This document shows, piece after piece, positions 18,426 through 28,567 of a DNA stretch of 64,000 nt. The notes beneath the pieces are model-generated. The model was not told where the DNA came from. It was given only the letters and a program-made list of their open reading frames with translations, and searched no databases. Origin of the DNA: Nitrospirota bacterium (GTDB lineage: Bacteria; Nitrospirota; Thermodesulfovibrionia; Thermodesulfovibrionales; Dissulfurispiraceae); NCBI GenBank assembly GCA_963710375.1, contig CAVPZX010000003.1:160001-224000 (forward strand), given 5' to 3'. A program made the position numbers and the translations under genes. How positions within the stretch are numbered: position 1 is the first letter of the stretch; every line of letters starts with the position of its first letter.

Positions 18426-19347
18426 AACCGTCGTTGTTATCTCCAGGGACCAGGTACTAACCAGTTTAATCAGTAAATTCCTTATAGGGTTAGGTCAAAT
18501 AGTCGAATTTGCCACTCTTGGATCTTCACTGGACTATGTGTATAGTTCAAGTCCCGATATACTGCTCATAGACATAACTTCCGACGATCCCTCTACCGTT
18601 TCGATGCTGAATGATTTAAAGAGCGATCCGGTTTTGGGTCACTTAGCGGTGTTTGCTGTTTTCGGCGATGCCTTTATTGTTCCGGGCTGGGACTATCTTC
18701 TTGTAGACGATTACATTAAGCGGTCATCTCTCGAAGTGGAATTACGGTCGCGGATTGAATTGTGCATACAAAGGGCGGAGAGGGCCATCGAAGTAAATCC
18801 GCTGACAGGGCTGCCGGGTAATATTCAAATCACAAAGCAGATACAAAAACGGCTCGACGCAGGTGATCAATTTGCCCTTGCTTACGCCGACCTGGACTTC
18901 TTTAAACCTTACAATGACCGCTACGGGTTCAGCCGGGGCGATGAGGTCCTGAAGATGCTCGGCAGGCTTATTCTCAATACTGTAAAAGAGAGGCAGCCTC
19001 ACGGCAGTTTTGTCGGCCACATCGGTGGAGATGATATCGTATTTATTATGGATTGCGATACTGTTGAAGAGACTTCCGGCAAGATCATCGGTTATTTCGA
19101 CACTATCATCCCAACTTTTTATGATATTGAGGACAGGACGAAAGGTTTTATAGAATCGGTAGACAGGGAGGGAGAAAAAAAAGTATTCCCTCTTATAAGT
19201 ATCTCAATAGGTATTGTTTGCAACGATATAAAACACTTTGACCATTATGGGGAGATTGCTGAAGTTGCATCCGAAATGAAGAAGTTTGCCAAAACGGTAA
19301 CAGGTAGTTGCTTCAAGGTCAACAGGAGACACCCGTCCCCAGCCTAA
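18412..19347 (+). CDS. Receiver-like + GGDEF-family protein (GGDDI variant)
   Basis: NPLTGLPGN, YADLDFFKPYNDRYGFSRGD, GHIGGDDI. Confidence 0.88.
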   Translation: MSNPKTVVVISRDQVLTSLISKFLIGLGQIVEFATLGSSLDYVYSSSPDILLIDITSDDPSTVSMLNDLKSDPVLGHLAVFAVFGDAFIVPGWDYLLVDDYIKRSSLEVELRSRIELCIQRAERAIEVNPLTGLPGNIQITKQIQKRLDAGDQFALAYADLDFFKPYNDRYGFSRGDEVLKMLGRLILNTVKERQPHGSFVGHIGGDDIVFIMDCDTVEETSGKIIGYFDTIIPTFYDIEDRTKGFIESVDREGEKKVFPLISISIGIVCNDIKHFDHYGEIAEVASEMKKFAKTVTGSCFKVNRRHPSPA

Positions 19348-19351
19348 AGAA

Positions 19352-19430
19352 ATGTTGAATGTCGAATTTTGAATGATAAATTATGGACTTTTTCATTAAT
19401 TCAACATTTAGCATTCAACATTCAAAATTA
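19352..19430. repeat. Heptamer-repeat palindrome (TGTTGAA-like)n...(ATTCAAC-like)n between convergent genes; possible bidirectional terminator
   Basis: tgttgaa tgtcgaa ttttgaa tgataaa ... attcaac atttagc attcaac attcaaa. Confidence 0.7.
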
Positions 19431-19436
19431 TTTGGG

Positions 19437-19715
19437 TCAGTCAAAAAGTTTTATTATTGAGTCAGCCTTGTCCTCAATACTCTTCATGCTCTGGGACATC
19501 GATTTGTGGTCTTTTTTTATCGTGTGCAGTTCGTCGGAGATATTCAAGGCAGCGAGGATAACGGCCTTAAGCGGTGTTATGTTAGGGGCTGTGGCATATA
19601 TTTCTTTTAATTTTCCCTCTACGAATTCGGCGAGCTGCAGCAGGTATTCGGGGGATTCATTGTCCCCTTTTATTAAATACTTTTGCCCGAGGATATGTAC
19701 TTCCACCTTTCCCAT
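19437..19715 (-). CDS. zapA: Cell division protein ZapA
   Basis: VEVHILGQKYLI..LAEFVEGKL..AVILAALNISDEL. Confidence 0.9.
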   Translation of the reverse strand: MGKVEVHILGQKYLIKGDNESPEYLLQLAEFVEGKLKEIYATAPNITPLKAVILAALNISDELHTIKKDHKSMSQSMKSIEDKADSIIKLFD

Positions 19716-19721
19716 GCAGGT

Positions 19722-19937
19722 CTATTTGAGCTCGATCAAATCCAATTCATTGAATAAATCCTCGAGCTGGGTTTTTATCGAGGCTTTCTCGGCCATTAAT
19801 TTATCGATTTCATTGTCCTTTGATTCTATAATGCTTTCGAGCTCTTCCAGTTGTTTCACGAGATTGTTTTTTTCTTCTTTCAGCATCTTAATTTTTTCAA
19901 CGGCATAGGTTATCTTCTCTTCAAAAGTCTTTAACAT
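19722..19937 (-). CDS. zapB: Cell division coiled-coil protein ZapB-like
   Basis: Coiled coil MLKTFEEKITYAVEKIKMLKEE directly upstream of zapA; GGAGG RBS. The ORF-track N-extension is MITE-derived. Confidence 0.75.
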   Translation of the reverse strand: MLKTFEEKITYAVEKIKMLKEEKNNLVKQLEELESIIESKDNEIDKLMAEKASIKTQLEDLFNELDLIELK

Positions 19938-19955
19938 ATTAACAATTCCTCCCCT

Positions 19956-20137
19956 AGGGCTCGCGAATAAATAACTTGCACATTGATGCATCTCAGATTT
20001 AGGCCATCTTTGCCCGATCCTCAGTCGCAAAATCCTCAACGTAGCGCTGCTACGCCTGCGGTTTTGCTCGGTCGGATCAGCCAAATCTGACCCAAATCTG
20101 AGCGCCTGAATGCACTAGTTATTTATTTGCGAGCCCT
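19956..20137. mobile_element. MITE-like element family C
   Basis: TIRs agggctcgcgaataaataact / agttatttatttgcgagccct; internal hairpin cgtagcgctgctacg. Confidence 0.75.
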
Positions 20138-20192
20138 TATGTAAAAATAATACACAATTTCATAGGCTATGGGCAATAGCTTATTGCCCGTA

Positions 20193-22229
20193 TTAAAGTT
20201 CCCCGATGTGCGTATGGGCCATGGAAACGCCGCCATCTCGGTTCGACCGCAAATACTCGAAATAAGTTGTCAAGACTTTTTTGACATAATTTCTCGTCTC
20301 GTGATAAGGAATGTCCTCTATGAACTCGTCTACGGTCCTGTAATTCCCGTTTTTCAACCAGTCCCTTACTGCATCCTCTCCTCCGTTGTATGATGCAAGC
20401 GCAAAAGGAATAGATCCTAATTTGTTGAGCAGCTGCCTGAAATAAGAGCTTCCAAGCATTATGTTGGTCCGGGCATCGTATAGCTCCGGAGAATTTTTGA
20501 GATGCACCTTGATATTTTTATTGCACCGGCGAGCGGTCTGTGGCATGAGCTGCATCAGTCCGATCGCACCTGCAATAGACCGTGCTTCAGGCTCGTATCG
20601 TGATTCTTCACGTATTACAGAGAGGATCAAATAAGGATCCAGCGATGTCTCTTCCGAGGCCTCTTTCACTTCGGGCCAGAAGGCAAGAGGGTAATATAAT
20701 TCGTGCAGTTCCTCGTTATAGGGGAGTTTTGATATAAGCATCTCAGCGCTCTTGTAATGGCCCATTTTCTCAAGATACGAGCTGATAGAAATGAGATCGC
20801 CGGGAGCAGGATTTTTTCTTGACAGCAGCAGCAATTCAGCGGCTGCCTCGTTTGTCAGCCCGATCTCCGCCAATATTTCGACCCTTTCAGCAACAGGCGA
20901 CATCAACGAGGCTTTCAAATAAGTCCTGCTGATGGCCGGAGGTTCCTGTTTATTTTTCAGGAAGGTCAAATAAGCATAAAAATCGTGGAAGTTCTCGCGG
21001 TCTGCAGGCGGCCTCAAGGGTTCTCTATTGCCAAGCAATTCCCTGCACTTTTGGCTCCAGTAAAGATATTTTGAATCCCCGTATGTCTGAGCAAGCTGAG
21101 AGAACAACCTGGATGCATTTTTATAATCCCTCGATAGATAGTACGTCCAGCCTGTTGCCCACAGAACATCTTCTCTGGCCGACGGATAGCGTGAAAGAAC
21201 ATTGTTGAAAATTTTAATTGCCTCGTCGCTATTGCCCTGCCGTCTTTTCAATGAACCATATGCTATCATCACCCCTGCTATCCTTTTGTCGGCAGTTTTG
21301 CTGAATTCGGGCAGTTCGGCCTGAAAGTCGTCGATATCCCCAGCCCTGAAAAGCGATCGTGCCCTCCAGAGACTGTTCTTTGTTTTTTTAAAGAGTGCCG
21401 CTGCTTCCTTGTATCTTTTCTGGCTGAATAGTGAGTAGGCGAGGCTGTCTGTTATTTCATTTTTGTCCCGATGGTTATCGGAGCGAGTGAGAGCTTCCCT
21501 GAGGACTTTTTCAGCTTCTTCGAACTGCCACGCGGCATTCAGGGCTTTCCCCCTTTTGAGAAGGTCACCGACAGTAATGTCAGACGGCGAGAGTTCATTA
21601 GACGCATTGGCCGACATCGGGCAGGCGGATATAAACACTTCCCTGAACAGCTCTTTAGCCTTTTTCGAGTTGTTGTTCTCTTTAAGATACTGTGCATAGC
21701 TGTATTTGATCTCCATATTCGAGGGGCTGTCTTTGATCATCGCTTCAAGCAAACCGCCAACCGACGGGTCGTTCTTTTTTATCATCAAGTCTATCTCTAT
21801 AAGCCTGGCTTTTTTGACGAGCGGGGATTCCTTATATTTTTCTGTGATTGTCTTCAGGTCCTCAAGGGCCTTATCACGGTCTCCGTTGCCCTCGTAAGCT
21901 CTGGAGCGCCACAGCAGCGCATAGTCGCCAAGCAGGGGCAATTTCTCATAGGCCGCGGTCAGCAGGGCGATTGATTTTTGATAATCACCTTTTCCCATGC
22001 TGTTTTTGCCTTCGATAAGTGCCTGCTCCCCCGCACGATTTATTTCATCGACGGCATTGGCCCTTGCCGTATTCGTCAACTGTTCCGACGCAGACGTAAA
22101 CACCGGCATAAAGCAGGGCACAAGGAGGACCGCCAGCAGTAAGGAGTAAAAGAAGAGTCCCGAACGTCGCCGGTTAAAACTTGCCGAGGTAATCAATGTA
22201 TTTGTCATAATTTCTTTTCGTTTCATCAA
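20193..22229 (-). CDS. slt: TPR-containing soluble lytic transglycosylase (Slt70-like)
   Basis: IREESRY, GAIGLMQLMPQTA, ASYNGG, IPYHETRNYVKKV; TPR-like helices. Exact start uncertain. Confidence 0.9.
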   Translation of the reverse strand: MMKRKEIMTNTLITSASFNRRRSGLFFYSLLLAVLLVPCFMPVFTSASEQLTNTARANAVDEINRAGEQALIEGKNSMGKGDYQKSIALLTAAYEKLPLLGDYALLWRSRAYEGNGDRDKALEDLKTITEKYKESPLVKKARLIEIDLMIKKNDPSVGGLLEAMIKDSPSNMEIKYSYAQYLKENNNSKKAKELFREVFISACPMSANASNELSPSDITVGDLLKRGKALNAAWQFEEAEKVLREALTRSDNHRDKNEITDSLAYSLFSQKRYKEAAALFKKTKNSLWRARSLFRAGDIDDFQAELPEFSKTADKRIAGVMIAYGSLKRRQGNSDEAIKIFNNVLSRYPSAREDVLWATGWTYYLSRDYKNASRLFSQLAQTYGDSKYLYWSQKCRELLGNREPLRPPADRENFHDFYAYLTFLKNKQEPPAISRTYLKASLMSPVAERVEILAEIGLTNEAAAELLLLSRKNPAPGDLISISSYLEKMGHYKSAEMLISKLPYNEELHELYYPLAFWPEVKEASEETSLDPYLILSVIREESRYEPEARSIAGAIGLMQLMPQTARRCNKNIKVHLKNSPELYDARTNIMLGSSYFRQLLNKLGSIPFALASYNGGEDAVRDWLKNGNYRTVDEFIEDIPYHETRNYVKKVLTTYFEYLRSNRDGGVSMAHTHIGEL

Positions 22230-23382
22230 GACTGTCTCCCCCGAATTTTACTAGGAGCGCATCGGCAAGTACCAGCGCTGTCATTGCCTCGCAGATTACT
22301 GCAACTGCCGGTACGGCACACGTATCGGAGCGCTCATAGGCCGCTTCAAAAGGTTCTTTGGATATTATATCGACTGACCTGAGTGGTTTTTTCAGAGTCG
22401 GGATCGGCTTCATTACTGCTTTAATGACAACAGGCATTCCGTTGGTGATACCGCCTTCGATCCCTCCGGCGTGGTTTGTCCTCCTGAAGAAAGGCGAGCC
22501 GCCTGTTTCAGACAAAGAACGGTCATAGAATATTTCATCCATTACCTCAGAGCCGAATTTGTCCGAATAAGCAAAACCATCGCCTATTTCGACACCCTTG
22601 ACGGCCTGAATTCCCATTAATGCATGTGAAAGGATGCCGTCCAGCCGACGGTCCCACTGAATGTGGCTGCCGAGTCCAGGTGGTACGCCGGTTGCCAGCA
22701 CCTCGAACCTGCCGCCTACAGAGTCCCCGTTCTGAGCTGCCTTGTCTATCACCGCTATCATAGCATGCGCAGCTTCATCATCAGGACACCGTACAGTAGA
22801 GGCATCGATCTTTTCGAGAGAATCCTGCACTGCAAAGCTATCCCGGAATTGTTTGAGCAGCTCATCTGCAACCCGGATGCTGCCGATCTGGGTCACATAG
22901 CTTCCCACATGCATAGAAAACACGGAAAGGAATTTTTTCGCTATTGCACCCAGTGCAACTTTCATTGCTGTTTCCCTGGCGCTGGAACGCTCAAGGATAT
23001 TCCGTATGTCCTTGTGATTGTATTTTAGTGCGCCGCTAAGGTCTGCATGTCCTGGACGCGGTCTTGTCACCGGCTCAATGCAACCCTCATGGGTGCTTTC
23101 CGGCGACATGCCTTCCTGCCAGTTTTTCCAGTCCCTGTTTTCGATGAGAAGCGCGATTGGAGAGCCGAGGGTTTTCCCCCACCTGACGCCTGATAGTATT
23201 TGTGCACGGTCCTGCTCTATTTTCATTCTGCCGCCTCGTCCGTATCCCAACTGTCTTCTTTTGAGTTCTTTGTCAATGTCCCCGGCTGACAGCGGAAGCC
23301 CGGAGGGGATTTTTTCGATAATACCGGTAAGCGCTTTGCCGTGCGATTCCCCGGCTGTTAAAAACCTGAGCACATTCATCAT
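22174..23382 (-). CDS. aroC: Chorismate synthase
   Basis: LRFLTAGESHG, RPRPGHAD, ERSSARETA, NHAGGIEGGITNG, MKPIPTL. Confidence 0.97.
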   Translation of the reverse strand: MMNVLRFLTAGESHGKALTGIIEKIPSGLPLSAGDIDKELKRRQLGYGRGGRMKIEQDRAQILSGVRWGKTLGSPIALLIENRDWKNWQEGMSPESTHEGCIEPVTRPRPGHADLSGALKYNHKDIRNILERSSARETAMKVALGAIAKKFLSVFSMHVGSYVTQIGSIRVADELLKQFRDSFAVQDSLEKIDASTVRCPDDEAAHAMIAVIDKAAQNGDSVGGRFEVLATGVPPGLGSHIQWDRRLDGILSHALMGIQAVKGVEIGDGFAYSDKFGSEVMDEIFYDRSLSETGGSPFFRRTNHAGGIEGGITNGMPVVIKAVMKPIPTLKKPLRSVDIISKEPFEAAYERSDTCAVPAVAVICEAMTALVLADALLVKFGGDSLDETKRNYDKYIDYLGKF

Positions 23383-23657
23383 TCTTTAAAATAACGTTAA
23401 CCGGCAGTCAGCGTCAATCTTTTTATACGGGGAACTTCCCCTCCTTCCTGCTAATTCACGCCGCAGAAATTTGATATAATATGTTTAGTACTAATGGTAT
23501 CGGCAATTGCATTGCCGGCGCGAAAGAAGGTGAGGCCTTCTTAGATGAATTTCGAGCAGCCGGTTTCAGCGGAGCCGGAAGTCGCAATGCACGAACTTAC
23601 AACCCCAATATATTAGCTGCAGATATATACGCTAAAAAATAGTGGATATTTTATAAA

Positions 23658-24467
23658 ATGAATATGTTCATCATCGATCACGAGATCTTTATCCGGCTAG
23701 GCTCTTTCTTAGGAGTTTTTTCCCTTATGGTCTTCTGGGAGTCCAGAGCCCCGCGGCGGGTCTTGACGCAATCTAAGGGCCTTCGCTGGTTCGGCAACCT
23801 CTCGATAACCTTTCTCAATAGCCTGATAGTTCGCGTAGTTTTCCCGATAACCGCCATCGGAGTTGCCATCCTTAGCGCTAAATCAGGCTGGGGAGTTTTT
23901 AACAATATAACTCTGCCCCCTTGGATGGCAGGGCTCGCCGCGCTCGTGGCGCTCGATTTGACCATCTATACCCAGCATCTTCTATTCCATAAAATTCCAC
24001 TTTTCTGGCGTCTCCACCGGATGCACCATACCGACCTTGATATCGATGTAACTACTGGAGCCAGATTTCATCCTGTCGAGATAGTGCTTTCGATGGGTAT
24101 TAAAATGTCGGTGGTAGTTATTCTCGGAGCCCCGGCCTGGTCCATCCTCGCCTTTGAGTTACTGCTGAATGCCACATCGATGTTTAATCACAGCAATATC
24201 TTGATGAATAGTAACATTGACAGAATATTGAGAACCTTTCTGGTTACGCCGGATATGCACCGAGTGCACCACTCTGTGATCAGGCTGGAAACGGACAGCA
24301 ATTTCGGTTTCAACCTACCCTGGTGGGACCGCCTCTTCGGCACCTACCATGCTCAACCCGCAACAGGGCATGAGGCAATGACGATCGGGTTAGCGAATTA
24401 CAGGGACCCAAAATGGCTGACATTGCCATGGATGTTGGCCGTGCCATTCGCCGGCAAATATCGTTAG
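23658..24467 (+). CDS. Sterol desaturase / fatty-acid hydroxylase family protein
   Basis: His boxes HLLFH, HRMHH, HRVHH; NFGFNLPWWDRLFGTY. Confidence 0.9.
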   Translation: MNMFIIDHEIFIRLGSFLGVFSLMVFWESRAPRRVLTQSKGLRWFGNLSITFLNSLIVRVVFPITAIGVAILSAKSGWGVFNNITLPPWMAGLAALVALDLTIYTQHLLFHKIPLFWRLHRMHHTDLDIDVTTGARFHPVEIVLSMGIKMSVVVILGAPAWSILAFELLLNATSMFNHSNILMNSNIDRILRTFLVTPDMHRVHHSVIRLETDSNFGFNLPWWDRLFGTYHAQPATGHEAMTIGLANYRDPKWLTLPWMLAVPFAGKYR

Positions 24468-24492
24468 GATGCCTCGTCCATCCACATACAGG

Positions 24493-24720
24493 CTACTTGG
24501 CCTCCGGTTCATGCAATGCGCTCTCTACCGCATCTATGCCCTGTCTGAGTATGTCTACTAACTCGACGATTCTCAAAAAGCGCCCTTGCCTCTCTTCTGG
24601 AGTGATATCGCGGAGCGCAAAACGCAACGCTTGCATGCGCTCTTTTGCTACATGCAGCGCCTCTTTTGCTTTCGCAATCTTATAGTGGGCATCTTCCTGA
24701 TCGATGGCCTTAGCCTCCAT
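24493..24720 (-). CDS. Small helical hypothetical protein
   Basis: 75-aa ORF filling the gap, with amphipathic helices. Confidence 0.45.
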   Translation of the reverse strand: MEAKAIDQEDAHYKIAKAKEALHVAKERMQALRFALRDITPEERQGRFLRIVELVDILRQGIDAVESALHEPEAK

Positions 24721-24829
24721 TTTTAAAACTAATCTAAGATTATAAAAATTGCTTTATATTATACCTTTTTATAATAACAAAATTCTGAGCCACCCCTGGC
24801 ACACTCGGGAATTATGATATAATGGGCAA

Positions 24830-25189
24830 ATGGAAAATTATAAACTGGTCCTTCCGGAACATCTTAATCAATTCGGTTATTTATTTGGCGGAAACCTATT
24901 AAAATGGGTCGATGAAATAGCCTGGATAGCTGCGAGTCTGGACTTTCCGGGATGTAAATTTGTTACCATCGGAATGGATAAAATTGAGTTTCGGAAGAGC
25001 ATAAAAAAGGGTTCTATCCTTAGGTTCCTTGTGGAAAGAGTTAAAATCGGAAAAACGTCGGTGCAGTATGCCGTAAATGTTTTCAACGAGGATATTGAGA
25101 GTGGAGACGCAGAAGGAGTGTTCTCGACAAACTTGACGTTTGTCCGTGTGGACGACGAGGGGAATAAGGCTGGTATTCCCAAACCCTAA
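24830..25189 (+). CDS. Acyl-CoA thioesterase (hotdog fold)
   Basis: [28 protein letters not shown]. Confidence 0.88.
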   Translation: MENYKLVLPEHLNQFGYLFGGNLLKWVDEIAWIAASLDFPGCKFVTIGMDKIEFRKSIKKGSILRFLVERVKIGKTSVQYAVNVFNEDIESGDAEGVFSTNLTFVRVDDEGNKAGIPKP

Positions 25190-25268
25190 ACTTATTTATG
25201 TATTCTTCCGATAATAATAATGAGATGCTTTTTATGGTCACTAAACAGCTGCAAGGAGCGATGAGAAA

Positions 25269-26240
25269 ATGACAGGAGATAAGACCTTTCCGCTAAGCAA
25301 ATCAGAATTCGCTGAAAGAGAATTATCCAGTATGATAAGACTTATGCCTAACCACAACGAAGTGGAAAGGGCATTCCATATTATGGCGGACTTCGCGCCT
25401 GTTTTTATTTGGATAGCTGAAGCCGGCAATATTAAGCGTTTTTATTTCAATAAAGTCTGGCTTGACTACAGGGGCAGGTCGCGTGCCGAGGAGGCAGAAG
25501 AAGGGTGGCTGGAAGGAATCCATCCGGATGACTATCAGGCCTTCCGCGCCGAATGTTCTGAAGCTTGTCTGGAAAGAAGGCCTTATAAGGTCCAATATCG
25601 TTTCAGAAGAAAAGACGGCGTTTTCAGGTGGGTCTTGGAAACCGGCGTCCCTTATGGTCGTCCTGATGGGGAATTAGATGGATTTGTCGGCTCCTGTGTG
25701 GGCATCGGTGAACAAAAGGAGCTGGAAGACCAGCTTTTTAAAATGGCGCATTACGACATTCTTACAGGTATCGCAAACCGCAGTCTCTTCATTAACAGGC
25801 TGGAACATGCAATTTCGATGTCGCTGCGTTATAAGACGATGTTTGCTCTTCTTTATATCGACCTTGACGGATTTAAAGGTGTTAATGACCAATATGGACA
25901 TAAGGCAGGAGACATTCTTTTGGTTGAAACAGCCCGAAGGCTCGATTATTGCGTTCGGGAGTCTGATACTACGGCGCGTATTGGAGGCGACGAATTCACA
26001 GTGATTTTGTCCCGGATCAATGGGGAAGAAGATGCATTCTCGGCTGCCCGAAAAATTGCTGAAGAAATCGCAAAGCCCTTTGTCATATTTGACCGGACAT
26101 GTTCTGTTGCAGCGAGCATAGGCATAGGGATTTTTCCAAGTGACGCCTTTGATGCCGAAACCCTGATGAAAAAGGCGGATATGGATATGTACCGCAGAAA
26201 GGGGAGCAGGCAGGATATGTGCAGGAGCACCTGTAGTTAA
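25269..26240 (+). CDS. PAS/PAC-GGDEF diguanylate cyclase
   Basis: PAS (YFNKVW..IHPDD..YRFRRKDGVFRWV), DILTGIANR, DLDGFKGVNDQYGHKAGD, RIGGDEF. Confidence 0.93.
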   Translation: MTGDKTFPLSKSEFAERELSSMIRLMPNHNEVERAFHIMADFAPVFIWIAEAGNIKRFYFNKVWLDYRGRSRAEEAEEGWLEGIHPDDYQAFRAECSEACLERRPYKVQYRFRRKDGVFRWVLETGVPYGRPDGELDGFVGSCVGIGEQKELEDQLFKMAHYDILTGIANRSLFINRLEHAISMSLRYKTMFALLYIDLDGFKGVNDQYGHKAGDILLVETARRLDYCVRESDTTARIGGDEFTVILSRINGEEDAFSAARKIAEEIAKPFVIFDRTCSVAASIGIGIFPSDAFDAETLMKKADMDMYRRKGSRQDMCRSTCS

Positions 26241-26345
26241 GTACTTTCGACTCAGCAGACTTCTCCTTCCTGATTACCGCCTGTTACCGTTACTTGTCTC
26301 ACGCATGATTTGTCTCCCGCCCACCGTTGTGATAGAATAGCGGTC

Positions 26346-28556
26346 ATGAAGTTAAACAAGGAAATACAGGCCCTGTTAAAGGGAGAATCCGGCGATCCTT
26401 TCTCGATCCTCGGCGTGCATCGTTCTGAAGGCGCGTTCTGCATAAGGGCTTTTTTGCCCGAGGCAAAGGCAGCATGGGTTTTACAGCACAAGGGGCCGGC
26501 AAAAAAACGTTTTATTAAAATGGCTAAGCGGCATAAGGAGGGTTTGTTTGAGGCGGTTACTGAGCGTCTTTCCAGGCCATTCAGATACACGTTAAGGACC
26601 ACCAATAGCCGGGATGAGGTCCGGGAATTTTATGACCCTTATTGCTTTCCGCAGGTTCTGACTGATTTTGATCTGCACCTAATCGGAGAGGGGACGCATT
26701 ACCAGAACTATGAAAAACTCGGCTCCCATGTGAGGGAAATAGGGGGCGTACGCGGGGTACATTTTGCGGTCTGGGCCCCTAATGCCAGGAGGGTAAGCGT
26801 TATAGGAGACTTTAACGAATGGGACGGGAGGCGGCATCCCATGCGCTTTCTGGTCGATTCAGGGATTTGGGAGCTTTTTATCCCCGGGCTCGGAGAGGGG
26901 ACATTATATAAATTCGATATTTTATCGAAGTACAGTGAATGGAGGGAGCAGAAGACCGATCCGTTTGCATTCTTTTTTGAGGTACGTCCGAAAACCGCTG
27001 CGATTGTTTACGATTTAGGGAACAAACACAAATGGAATGATGCGGCCTGGCTTTCTTCGCGCAGTGAGCTGAACTGGTTCGAGTCGCCGGTTGCGATCTA
27101 TGAGGTGCATCTGGGCTCCTGGATGCGCGTTGCCGAAGAAAATTCACGTTTCCTCACATACAGGGAGTTTGCCGATAAACTGATACCGCATGTCAAGAAG
27201 CTTGGATATACGCATATAGAGTTTCTGCCCATGGCAGAGCACCCGCTCGATGCATCGTGGGGGTATCAGCCGATCGGCTATTATGCGCCGACCAGCAGGT
27301 TCGGCAAACCTGAAGACTTTATGTATTTTATCGACTGTTGTCATCAAAACGGAATAGGCGTTATCGTTGACTGGGTACCGGCCCATTTCCCCAAGGATGC
27401 TCACGGATTGGCTTACTTTGACGGCACCTGCCTTTATGAGCATGCCGACCCACGGAAAGGAGAGCACAAGGAGTGGGGAACACTGGTGTTTAATTATGGC
27501 AGGAATGAGGTAAAAAATTACCTTATATCAAACGCGCTCTTTTGGCTCGAAAAGTATCATATTGACGGTCTGAGGGTCGATGCTGTCGCATCAATGCTCT
27601 ATCTCGATTATTCCAGGCGGCAAGGGGAATGGATACCGAACAAATACGGCGGCCACGAAAACCTTGAGGCGATAGATTTCCTCAAAACTTTTAACGAGGT
27701 GGTGCACAGGCTTCATCCCGGCGTGCTCACTATTGCGGAAGAGTCAACTTCATGGGCTGGAGTTTCAAAGCCGACCCACCTCGGAGGCCTCGGTTTCAGT
27801 ATGAAGTGGAACATGGGTTGGATGCATGACACTCTTATGTTTTTTTCCTATGAGACCATCCATAGAAAGTACCACATGAACAATCTCACGTTCAGCATGA
27901 TATACGCATTCAGCGAAAATTTTATTCTTCCTTTTTCCCATGATGAGGTAGTTTACGGCAAGCGGTCAATGCTTAATAAAATGCCTGGAGATATGTGGCA
28001 GAAATTCGCCAACCTAAGGGCGTTGTACGGCTATATGTACGGTCATCCCGGTAAAAAGCTTATGGTTATGGGCTCTGAATTCGGACAATGGAATGAATGG
28101 AATTTTGACAAGGGTCTCGATTGGGACCTGATTCAGCACGAGCCGCATAAGAAGTTGCTGAAATACGTTACCGACCTGAACGCCCTTTATGAGAGTGAGC
28201 CTGCTCTGTACGAGGTATGTTTCGATTGGCATGGTTTTCAATGGATCGACTTCCACGACGCCGATAACAGCATTCTTGCTTTTATCAGGAAGGCAAAGGA
28301 CGAGGATGATTTTCTTGTCTTTGTGTTCAATCTTACGCCGGTGCCACGCTTCGGCTACCGTATTGGAGTGCCCCGGGACGGCTTTTATAAAGAGATACAC
28401 AACAGCGACTCATTAATATACTGGGGCGGAAACATTGGTAACGGCGGTGGTTTAAGCGCCGAGAAGATTATCTCTCACAAGGGCTTTCCATTTTCTCTGA
28501 ACCTCATCCTGCCGCCGTTGTCCGTACTTGTTTTCAAACCTGGGCAGCAGGTTTAA
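26346..28556 (+). CDS. glgB: 1,4-alpha-glucan branching enzyme
   Basis: FAVWAPNA, IYEVHLGSW, SWGYQ, DGLRVDAVASMLY, AEEST, FSHDEVV. Confidence 0.97.
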   Translation: MKLNKEIQALLKGESGDPFSILGVHRSEGAFCIRAFLPEAKAAWVLQHKGPAKKRFIKMAKRHKEGLFEAVTERLSRPFRYTLRTTNSRDEVREFYDPYCFPQVLTDFDLHLIGEGTHYQNYEKLGSHVREIGGVRGVHFAVWAPNARRVSVIGDFNEWDGRRHPMRFLVDSGIWELFIPGLGEGTLYKFDILSKYSEWREQKTDPFAFFFEVRPKTAAIVYDLGNKHKWNDAAWLSSRSELNWFESPVAIYEVHLGSWMRVAEENSRFLTYREFADKLIPHVKKLGYTHIEFLPMAEHPLDASWGYQPIGYYAPTSRFGKPEDFMYFIDCCHQNGIGVIVDWVPAHFPKDAHGLAYFDGTCLYEHADPRKGEHKEWGTLVFNYGRNEVKNYLISNALFWLEKYHIDGLRVDAVASMLYLDYSRRQGEWIPNKYGGHENLEAIDFLKTFNEVVHRLHPGVLTIAEESTSWAGVSKPTHLGGLGFSMKWNMGWMHDTLMFFSYETIHRKYHMNNLTFSMIYAFSENFILPFSHDEVVYGKRSMLNKMPGDMWQKFANLRALYGYMYGHPGKKLMVMGSEFGQWNEWNFDKGLDWDLIQHEPHKKLLKYVTDLNALYESEPALYEVCFDWHGFQWIDFHDADNSILAFIRKAKDEDDFLVFVFNLTPVPRFGYRIGVPRDGFYKEIHNSDSLIYWGGNIGNGGGLSAEKIISHKGFPFSLNLILPPLSVLVFKPGQQV

Positions 28557-28567
28557 GCAAAGTACCT

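Noticed and set aside
18412..19347. Hypr-GGDEF (GacA-like 3',3'-cGAMP synthase), as linked to OmcS regulation in Geobacter
   Set aside because: The specificity position is Asp (SRGD), not Ser/Thr. The PAS-GGDEF also has Asp, and both HD-GYPs have RxxR motifs.
19348..19436. 6S RNA downstream of zapA
   Set aside because: Only about 90 bp are available, filled by a heptamer-repeat palindrome.
23496..23513. Sigma54 promoter upstream of the desaturase gene
   Set aside because: GG-to-GC spacing is one base off the strict -24/-12 requirement.
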